A stretch of 64,000 nucleotides of DNA from the NCBI GenBank assembly GCA_965240325.2, contig OZ251234.1, forward strand, positions 806,001 to 870,000, given 5' to 3'. This document shows, in pieces, positions 46,006 through 55,875 of this stretch. The position numbers and the translations under genes are program-made. Position 1 is the stretch's first letter, and each line of letters opens with the position of its first letter. Source of the stretch: Rebecca billardiae RCC1528 (taxonomy: Eukaryota > Protista > Haptophyta). A model generated the notes under the pieces. It did not search any database and was not told where the DNA came from. It was given only the letters and a program-made list of their open reading frames with translations.

Positions 46006-48653
46006 CGTCAATCTCGCCTGCCTGAGCTGTGTGCGTCTCTTATTCTTAGTAAACTGTATTCAAATGTACCCGCTTCAAATGAAGGAAGCTCGTTGCAATA
46101 GGAAGGTGGTTCAATTTACCCCGTCTTTAGTCTACGAACTTCGGGTTTTTTGAGAATTCTCATTCTCGTTCCAGATCGGGGACACTTTACCCTGTTTTAC
46201 CCATTCCCCAGGAGCTCATACCGGTAATGGTGCGAGATCGTGTGCAAAACGGTATCTTTACGGTTCAGATAGTATGCAAAACACATCGAAAAACCTGTTT
46301 ACGCCGTTCCATGTCAATACGACGACATGGTATTTTGTCCATTCACAATACTGACATTGTCGCGAGGATGGACACAATCTTATGCAAGGCCAACCGGCAT
46401 CGCATCAACACGCACAATCAAGGCCCTTGGCACAATGTCAATACTGAGATTGTCGTGAGGATGTACAAAAGTGAACGAACGTCGACGTTGTCTGTGTCAT
46501 GAGACGTGATGAACTGATCCTCCTGGTACAGTACTGAATAATGGATACCTTCAATACTACCGAAAGGTCGTGAGGAACCACGATGAATCTGAGGAATCTG
46601 GCGATCGACGTGAAGGAATCATGATGCGCAGAATGAGGATACAGGTGGATACAGGTCGCTGCTTCGTTTTTCGGACTGCTTCGTTTTTCGGACCCGGGCG
46701 ATGGCGACAGTGGCTCGCTCATCGGCGGGTGCGTGGCGGGCGCGCCGCGGCAGGGCTGAGCAGCCTGTCGGCGCGTGGGGGGACGTTGCCCGTCAGTATA
46801 CGTCACCAGTCGGGTCGCGGTGCCTGCTGGCATCGTCCTCGGCCGCTCGCAGCTCAGGCGCTGCGCTGATCGGTACGTCCGCGCTTACGCTGTGCGCGCC
46901 GGCCGGGCCCAGCGCAAGCGCCTCGATGAAGGCGGCTAAGGGCGTAAAGCCGTACTCAGTTGAGGCGAAGGCGGAGACCTACGAGATAAATCGCGTGGTA
47001 GTTGAGAGGGCGGCTGCCATGCGGTCGTGTTGGGGCGCGCGGCTGCGTGCTCGGCCGACGACAACGAGCCCTCTGGCGCGCTCGCATCATCGAAGTTGAG
47101 TGTAAGTTCACAGCCACGCCGGCAGGGATGCGCTGGAAGATTGCTCCAGCCTTCCGCGCCAACGTTGAGCTTGCCAAGCAGTAGTCGGCACGCCAGACCG
47201 CCAAGCTCGCGCGCCTGCGTGAGCAGCACGAGGCCGAACTTGTTGACGTGCGCTAGGCTGGGGCGGTGCGGCTGAGCTCGCCGATCAGCTCGGTATCCTT
47301 CCTGTGCCCGCCGTAGAGGTCGCCGCGCCGAAGCCGGACAACATGCGGCTCAATGGCCAGAATGACTCGTGGTCGTTGCAGGAATTCAACCAGAAGAAGG
47401 CCGCGCGAACTGCGCAGAAGGAGGCGGAGGCAGCGCGTGCGCGTGCTGGCCTGCGGTCCGAAAGTTCACCCGGTCGACGTCGACGGCGAACGCCGGACGG
47501 TGCCCGCGACGCAGGGTCTGGAGCTGACATCGACAGTCGCCTAGTGAGCATGCTTACCTGCCCCTGAGGTTGGCTGCTACACGCACGTGATGTCTGGAAT
47601 GTATGATGCCCTCAGCCCGACTCGAATGGCCTACCAGGCCGCAGCTGCTAGCAGACTCCGCGTGCGTGCTGAGAGCATGCGGTCCGAAACTGGTCCGCCC
47701 GCGGCGGCGCAGCCGCAGCTGCCGCCTGGGGCTGGCGCGGAAGCTGAGTGAGCATGTTCGTCCGGTCCTGAGGTGGTCTACTGCATGTATGTAATGTCTA
47801 GAATGCATGATGCCGTTAGCCCGACTCACACGGCTCACCAGGCAGCGGCTCTGACTCGGCGCGCGCGCTGAGAGCCCGCGGGTCCAAAAGTTGAAGCATG
47901 CCGTCGGCGGCCCCGTCGTGGACCTCGTGGCGTCCGTGGGGCACATGGTAGTGGAACAAAGTCGTCTAAATGGTACATAACCGCTGGGATGTACCTCAGG
48001 CACACCCTGGGGGTGCCGCCAGACGCGATCTCAAGCGCCGCAGACCCCCGGGGGCGCCGCCGCCATCGTGCACAAAAAGTGAACAGCAATCGGGTCCGAA
48101 AGTTGAAGCAGCGACCTGTACGGGCTAACTGGACACAGGGGCTATCTGGACACTCAGCGGGCGGCGGCCCGCGTGGCGAGGGCTCGTGGGCGAACGAGCA
48201 CGAGCGCCCACTGGCGGGTCGCCACGACGGCGCACGATGTTCGCTCAACTCACCTGGTCGTGGGACGTCGTCTGCGCAGGCGCCAGGTCGCGCTTCTCGC
48301 CGCCTTCGCCTTGTTTCGTGAGTCCCGCGCACAAGGGCGAACGCCAGCGTTTCAAGCCGCAAGGCGCGTGCGCGGACTCAGGAAGGGCGGACTCCGAGGC
48401 AAGGCGCGGTTGCGCTGGCGTGGGTAGGTCCCAGAGCAACCGTCCGAGCCGCTGCACACGCTTTTCCTCCGCGCGCGCGTCTCTCAGCTCGATTCCCATG
48501 CCTCAGCCAGTGCTAAAGCCCCCGCTGCGGGGGCTTTGATGCCTTTTCCCGTATTCAAATGTACCCGCTTCAAATGAAGGAAGCTCGTTGCAATAGGAAG
48601 GTGGTTCAATTTGGCGTATAACCAATGCGGGGAACGCCCCTGAGTAAGGTTGT

Positions 48654-49566
48654 CGTCTGGAATTGACACTGGCCCACAGAGGGGGTCTCCAAATTGGTCC
48701 CCCGACCTCGAGCTCGATGGCTGCCGCACGTGCGTGCCCAGCGTGCCTCGCGCGTGTACGTGCACGGTAGGGCGTCCCGACAGCGGCGGGGTGGCGTAGA
48801 TGGTCGCATGGGAGGTGCATCCGTGTGTCCGAGACGCCTCGGCGCCTCGGTGGCGTGCCCACACCTCTCCTTGTCGCCGCTTGCCTGCTGTAGCGTGCTC
48901 GGCCAGCCGTTTGGAGTGCACGCCTGCACGTGCACGGCCAGTGTCGGGCGGATCGAGCCGTAGCGAGTGTGCTTGCGGGTACTCCCACCCGATGCGGCTC
49001 TCTGCCGCCGTCGTAGTAGCTCTCGTGCATCAATCCCAAGCCGTGCACTCCAACCCACGACGTGTTCAGTGTTGTCATGGTGGTACACCACATGCTGTCC
49101 AGTTTTATTTTCAAATAGCGGATTTCTGATGCGATTCCTGGGCAATGTTCGCGAGCATGTTGGGCGCATGCCCGACTAGATTCGGCAGGTTCCAGGACAC
49201 GCACGAGGGCTTGCGACGGCGGCAGAGAGCCGCATCAGGTGGGAGTACCCGCAAGCACACTCGCTACGGCTCGATCCGCCCGACACTGGCCGTGCACGTG
49301 CAGGCGTGCACTCCAAACGGCTGGCCGAGCACGCAGCAGGCAAGCGGCGACAAGGAGAGGTGTGGGCACGCCACCGAGGCGCCGAGGCGTCTCGGACACA
49401 CGGATGCACCTCCCATGCGACCATCTACGCCACCCCGCCGCTGTCGGGACGCCCTACCGTGCACGTACACGCGCGAGGCACGCTGGGCACGCACGTGCGG
49501 CAGCCATCGAGCTCGAGGTCGGGGGACCAATTTGGAGACCCTCTGTGCCAGTGTCAATCCGGACGC
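48654..49566. repeat. ~910-bp foldback/inverted repeat (~355-bp arms, ~200-bp spacer), likely a MITE
   Basis: TTGACACTGG...GCCGTCG (to ~49013) is mirrored by CGACGGC...CCAGTGTCAA (from ~49214). No TSD resolved. Confidence 0.85.
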
Positions 49567-49579
49567 GCCCACAGGAGGA

Positions 49580-50079
49580 ACTGGGCGTGATATGCCGCGA
49601 TCTCGCGCGCGAGGCGGTGCGCGTGAGGACCATGCGCACCCGAAGAGACCTCACAGACGCGCGCGACATGGACAACGACCTGCGCAAGGCATCTGAGTCG
49701 ATGGCCGGGGCCGAGAAGTGCCGGCACGCCGTCAACGACAACGACACACTATCAGCGAGGGTGGCACCCTTGTGCTGCAGTACGAGCACTTCAGCACATT
49801 CGTCCCCGCGAGGCAGATTGAGCAGCAGACTGCGGCTGGCAAGAGGCTGTGGCTGGACGCCCTGTACGAGCTGGGCCTCAACACAACTCGGCTAGCACTG
49901 ATGCGCGCCGCGAGCTGCAGGTGCAGCGTGTGCTCCCATACTTCGTCTACCAGCGAGACGACTGCGTGGGCGGACATCATGGTGGCATATGTGATGCGGT
50001 CTCTGCCTTTGACGCTGTGATCAAAGATTCCTTTGCTGTGATTGTGCGCGCGTGGCGGGCAAGCCAACGGCTCGGCTGA
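49580..50079 (+). pseudogene. Frameshifted 3' remnant of an unidentified gene
   Basis: Protein-like segments in three successive frames (GGTLVLQYEHFSTFVP..., LPYFVYQRDDCVGGHHGGICD...), ending at TGA 50079. Confidence 0.35.
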
Positions 50080-50097
50080 TGAGGCGCCGTGGGTTAA

Positions 50098-50230
50098 TGG
50101 CCAGCGCCTGCAGGGCCGGGAGCGTGCAGCGAGTGGAGCCCGCAGCGTGGGCACTGATTCCACGTTTCCGAAAAAGATCTTTGATCAAAGGAAAAAAGGG
50201 ACGAGGGGCGATTTTTATCAGGTGGTGGAA
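50098..50230 (+). mobile_element. Helitron2-like 5' end, diverged copy
   Basis: TGGCC..TGCAGGGC..GGAGCG..TGGAGCCCGC..AAAAAGATCTTTGATCAA..AAAAGGGACG, shared with 17544, 42861, 53562 and 55716. Confidence 0.65.
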
Positions 50231-51467
50231 AGAGCAAGTGTGGCTGAGTCAGTTAGAAACGCACTTTTTGTGTCACAGTGGTCGCGATCTGAGTTAGCTA
50301 GCCTGCCCGATGCGCGACACGCCTAACTTGCTGCCCGTGGGAGTCGGTCACTTATTCCCCTCACTGGACACTGGTCACTTTATACGCGGGCATAACTTAT
50401 ATTATTATAATATATGGGCATAACTTATAAACTATAATATAAAAATCGAGCGCAGCAGTGTTCTTATTGAACAACAGGTAAAAGTGCAGTGTCGTGCGTC
50501 ATCATTTGTCATCACTTCAAGACATCGTCAATGACATTATTACTGTAGCAATCAAAACCCGCCCCAATTAATTGCTGCTGATTTAATTATAAGAAGAAGA
50601 CGACCCCTGGACGTTTTAGTGAGAAGTCGGCACTTATGTGTGCGCATATACTTATACTAGTCGCCGAAGGCACCTTGAAAAACTCCACCAGCGTCCGTGG
50701 CCCTCTACATTTGTTCCGGAGATCTGACGTGACGAACTGCATAGGGCTCATTTTTTGATATCGCCTAAGGTGCACTTACTGCATCTGCGCCAATAATCAG
50801 CTGGGAAGCGTTCGAATCTCGGACGATAGGCGCCGAAGCCGCATCACGGATCCGCAAGCTCCAGCAAAGGGGTTTATTTGATCAAAATGATGGGTGGGCC
50901 ACCCTAAGTTCAGTAGCCGCGTGGGTCTTCGTCGGGGAGGACGGGAGGGAGGCGGCGCTTTTTGCCCTTCGCCCGTCCGCCGCCACCGTAAACCGTTGTA
51001 CTGGGCCGCACGAAACGCGTCCGCCGCCGCGTTGCCCTGCACGGTGGGCGCGCGCTGCATGGGCTGTGGCAGAACAGCATCACGCGCGATGCCGCCCTGC
51101 GAGCCCGCGTTCTCCCTTCCCACCGCCCGCAGGTCTCGAAGGGTTGCACGCGGCGGCGTGCAACCGCGAAGTACTAAGTACTGTAGCGGAAGCAGACGTC
51201 GGCCCGTCATTCGGCGCGGTAGCCGGGTCAATAGCGGGAGAAGTGCGCGTGCACAGTGAGAGATATAGGGGGGCGATCCGCTGTGGGACGTGAACGAGCA
51301 CGTACGGACCTCACTGACCTGACTACCGCGCGATCCTTCGCGCCAGCTTGGGCCCACACGTCTGTGCAGAGAGCTGACGACCATCATCCGCACTGTTAGC
51401 CCGAACCGTGGCGCCGCGGCAGGCTCGCAGACGCAGTGACCGGTCGTTATTCTGACTTAATGAATAT

Positions 51468-51468
<1 letters not shown>

Positions 51469-51512
<44 letters not shown>
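51469..51512. repeat. (TA)n microsatellite
   Basis: About 21 TA units adjacent to the 3' end of a Helitron-like copy. Confidence 0.95.
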
Positions 51513-51513
<1 letters not shown>

Positions 51514-51524
51514 TGACGATGATG

Positions 51525-53562
51525 ATATGACCGCGTTCCGCGGTCCTTCCGTAGAACCAACGCAGTTAGGGGCCCGCGGTGCACCCTCCGTCGGCTGCTC
51601 GGCTGCTCAATGTCGTATGAAGATTTATAATGGGCCAGGCCCAGTGGCAGTGGCAGTCTGCGAGACGCGTCGCAAGTTGGCAGTCCAGCTTGCCCGCGCC
51701 GCGTGCGCCGCGGCCGCGATCTCGTCGCCGTCCATGTCCTCGAACAGCTTGGCGGCGTTGGCGATGCGTCGGGACTTGGCGCGCTCGTCCGATTTGTTCA
51801 TCGCACCCGCCGCCGCGGCGCCGCCCTCGTCCCGCTGCTTGCGCTTGCCGAGGCGGTTGGAGTTGCCGCGCATCGACCGCGAGCGCGCCGCGTGCGCGCA
51901 TGCGCCGCCGCCCCGGTGCGCTCCGCTGCCAGCGCCTTGCGTACCTTACGGCGCCGAAAACGGATCCGGCGCTCAGCGTTGCGCAGCGCGCGTGTGTCCT
52001 GGTCGCACGCCTCGCACACGAGCAGCAGCGCCAGCGCCATCTGCGCGTCCTCGTCGACCTCGGCCGAGTGCAGCGTCACGGGCGCGCCGCCCGCGCGTGC
52101 CGCCATCTCCTCGCGCTGCAGCTGCTCTGCGATGGCGCGGTCGCTGCGCAGCTGCTCGGCCAGCGGGTCGGGCGCGGCGGAGCGCTGCTCGCGCAGGCGG
52201 AGCGCGGCGGCGGACGTACTCCTCCAGCGCGGCCTACTCGTCGTTCAGCGGCGCGCCGGGCCGGCAGCGCGCCCGTGATCGCCGACCGTCCGACCGAGAG
52301 CCGCGCGCGGCCATGTGTGCGCGCAGCTCCGCCGTCTCCTCCTACGAGAGCATGCCTGCGCGGCGGCGGCGGCGGCGCGGCCGGGGTAGCGCATGCGCGA
52401 GGTGCGTCAACAGTCAGCGCCGTACGGCTGGTCGGCGCGCCACGTGCCCGTCGCGCGCGCACGCGCGCGCGCGCGCCGCGCACAGAGCTGAGAGCAGCGA
52501 CGCCGGCAGCTGCAGGTTGTGAGGGGCCGCCACGCTCATCGTCGCGACGCGGAAGACGATCTTGAGCACGTGGGAGAACGGGCCCGACGCGTCCTTGCGC
52601 TGCACGAAGATCAGCTTCATCGGTGGCACCACCGCCGCCATCAGCTGGCCCCTCACGTGCACCAGCTTGGCCAGGCGCGGCGAGCGACCACCTCCAGCGG
52701 CCAGGCGGAGTTGACCGGCCTTGGCGACAGGGTCCACGCGCCACACCGTCTTGGTGCGCGAGTCCCACGCGCCCGGAATCGACGCCTGCGTGGTCTGCGC
52801 GTCGGGCAGGTCGAGAAGATGCGCCTCACCATGATCAGGCTCAGCGCCTCGATCACCACCTGCTTCGCCGTGTCGATCATCTTGGCACGCCTTGCTCGCA
52901 CACGGTCGCGTGTCTCATGCCCACCACCTTGGTTAGCACGTGGCAGCGGCGGTCCTGGATGCGCTGATGCACCTGGCCCGAGAGCAGCGGGTTGTTGCAG
53001 CTCGGGCAGAACGCCCGCACCGCCATCTGCGGCGCCAGCACCTGCTCCTTCGCGTCGCGCAGTGTCGAAGTCGTCACGCGGCCTGCGGTCCGCGCGTGCA
53101 CGCGGTAGAGTTTCGCCCGGTGTCGTTTCAGAACGGCCCGATGTCGTGCGTCCCCAAGCGCATCAACGCGTTCCGCATGCCGAGCCGGTTCGCGTGCGCG
53201 TCCGCGCGCGCCCGCGCCGCGTCGCCGGCGTTTGACTGCGGGTCGAGAGTCCGGATCACGATCACTGTTGTCTGGTGGCTGGGCGGAGTCCGGCCCCGGG
53301 CATTACCAATGGCGCAGATTCGTTTACTGACAATGTGACGGCCGTCCAACGACATACGCGGAATGACCCGGGCGCGGCCTTTTAAGCTTGGGATGGACAG
53401 CATTGTACCGTACCCCTCAAAAAATCGAAAACTCACCCTCCAACAACCCTAAAAATCGTCCCCCGTCCCCTTTTCAAATTTGATCAAAAGATCTTTTTGA
53501 CAACGTAGTGAGGGCCCCCGGTGGGGCTCCACGCTACGCGCTCCGCCCTGCACCGCGGGCCA
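51525..53562 (-). mobile_element. Complete ~2.04-kb Helitron2/Helentron-like non-autonomous element, tandem copy 1
   Basis: 5' TGGCCCGCGGTGCA; inverted 13-bp copy at 51571-51583; terminal hairpin 51529-51545; no TSD. Confidence 0.75.
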
Positions 53563-53610
53563 TTACTGTATCAGTCCGGTCTAGCTAAATAAGTCTATAG
53601 CTTCACTATA

Positions 53611-55716
53611 ATATGACCGCGTTCCGCGGTCCTTCCGTAGAACCAACGCAGTTAGGGGCCCGCGGTGCACCCTCCGTCGGCTGCTCGGCTGCTCAATGTC
53701 GTATGAAGATTTATAATGGGCCAGGCCCAGTGGCAGTGGCAGTCTGCGAGACGCGTCGCAAGTTCAAGTTGGCAGTCCAGCTTGCCCGCCGCGTGCGCCG
53801 CGGCCGCGATCTCGTCGCCGTCCATGTCCTCGAACAGCTTGGCGGCGTTGGCGATGCGTCGGGACTTGGCGCGCTCGTCCGATTTGTTCATCGCACCCGC
53901 CGCCGCGGCGCCGCCCTCGTCCCGCTGCTTGCGCTTGCCGAGGCGGTTGGAGTTGCCGCGCATCGACCGCGAGCGCGCCGCGTGCGCGCATGCGCCGCCG
54001 CCCCGGTGCGCTCCGCTGCCAGCGCCTTGCGTACCTTACGGCGCCGAAAACGGATCCGGCGCTCAGCGTTGCGCAGCGCGCGTGTGTCCTGGTCGCACGC
54101 CTCGCACACGAGCAGCAGCGCCAGCGCCATCTGCGCGTCCTCGTCGACCTCGGCCGAGTGCAGCGTCACGGGCGCGCCGCCCGCGCGTGCCGCCATCTCC
54201 TCGCGCTGCAGCTGCTCTGCGATGGCGCGGTCGCTGCGCAGCTGCTCGGCCAGCGGGTCGGGCGCGGCGGAGCGCTGCTCGCGCAGGCGGAGCGCGGCGG
54301 CGGACGTACTCCTCCAGCGCGGCCTACTCGTCGTTCAGCGGCGCGCCGGGCCGGCAGCGCGCCCGTGATCGCCGACCGTCCGACCGAGAGCCGCGCGCGG
54401 CCATGTGTGCGCGCAGCTCCGCCGTCTCCTCCTACGAGAGCATGCCTGCGCGGCGGCGGCGGCAGCGCGGCCGGGGTAGCGCATGCGCGAGGTGCGTCAA
54501 CAGTCAGCGCCGTACGGCTGGTCGGCGCGCCACGTGCCCGTCGCGCGCGCACGCGCGCGCGCGCGCCGCGCACAGAGCTGAGAGCAGCGACGCCGGCAGC
54601 TGCAGGTTGTGAGGGGCCGCCACGCTCATCGTCGCGACGCGGAAGACGATCTTGAGCACGTGGGAGAACGGGCCCGACGCGTCCTTGCGCTGCACGAAGA
54701 TCAGCTTCATCGGTGGCACCACCGCCGCCATCAGCTGGCCCCTCACGTGCACCAGCTTGGCCAGGCGCGGCGAGCGACCACCTCCAGCGGCCAGGCGGAG
54801 TTGACCGGCCTTGGCGACAGGGTCCACGCGCCACACCGTCTTGGTGCGCGAGTCCCACGCGCCCGGAATCGACGCCTGCGTGGTCTGCGCGTCGGGCAGG
54901 TCGAGAAGATGCGCCTCACCATGATCAGGCTCAGCGCCTCGATCACCACCTGCTTCGCCGTGTTGATCATCTTGGCACACCTTGCTCGCACACGGTCGCG
55001 TGTCTCATGCCCACCACCTTGGTTAGCACGTGGCAGCGGCGGTCCTGGATGCGCTGATGCACCTGGCCCGAGAGCAGCGGGTTGTTGCAGCTCGGGCAGA
55101 ACGCCCGCACCGCCATCTGCGGCGCCAGCACCTGCTCCTTCGCGTCGCGCAGTGTCGAAGTCGTCACGCGGCCTGCGGTCCGCGCGTGCACGCGGTAGAG
55201 TTTCGCCCGGTGTCGTTTCAGAACGGCCCGATGTCGTGCGTCCCCAAGCGCATCAACGCGTTCCGCATGCCGAGCCGGTTCGCGTGCGCGTCCGCGCGCG
55301 CCCGCGCCGCGTCGCCGGCGTTTGACTGCGGGTCGAGAGGTCCACTGGTCATCGTCATCGACTCATCGCGGGGAGCGATCGCCGGACCGCCCAGTCCGGA
55401 GTCCGGATCACTGTTGTCTGTCTGGTGCTGGGCGGAGTCCGGCCCCGGGCATCATTACCACAATGGCGCAGATTCGTTTACTGACAATGTGACGGCCGTC
55501 CAACGACATACGCGGAATGACCCGGGCGCGGCCTTTTAAGCTTGGGATGGACAGCATTGTACCGTACCCCTCAAAAAATCGAAAACTCACCTTCCAACAA
55601 CCCTGCTAAAAATCGTCCCCCGTCCCCTTTTCTTTGATCAAAAGATCTTTTTGACAACGTAGTGAGGGCCCCCGGTGGGGCTCCACGCTACGCGCTCCGC
55701 CCTGCACCGCGGGCCA
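53611..55716 (-). mobile_element. Complete ~2.1-kb Helitron2/Helentron-like non-autonomous element, tandem copy 2
   Basis: Near-identical direct repeat of 51525-53562 with the same termini; ~60 bp extra near 55340-55400. Confidence 0.75.
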
Positions 55717-55875
55717 TGAAATCTAATCATCAGTCTATAGTTAGTCTGTATAGCGTTACTATACTCGCGATCCGTGTCGACTGCTGTCCGCCGTTGTATC
55801 TGCCGTAAGCGTAGTGCACGCCGGTCCCGGCCCGCGCCGACTATCACTCGCTCAGCAGAGTTGTAGTAGTGCTCC

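Larger units (their letters stand above)
44693..46118. mobile_element. Copy of the CAAGGGCGTTCCC MITE carrying several nested insertions
   Basis: 44693-44752, 45461-45470 and 46057-46118 reassemble into the sequence seen intact at ~48530-48612 and 13235-13414. Confidence 0.7.

Noticed and set aside
46120-48500. Possible genes, and degenerate direct repeats at ~46345/46440 and ~47565/47770
   Set aside because: No ORF with recognisable motifs; the repeats are short and diverged, likely old TE debris.
51525-55716. Fanzor/TnpB or Rep-helicase inside the Helitron2-like elements
   Set aside because: No RuvC D-E-D motifs, HUH-Y2 motif or helicase Walker motifs were seen; only scattered CxxC motifs.
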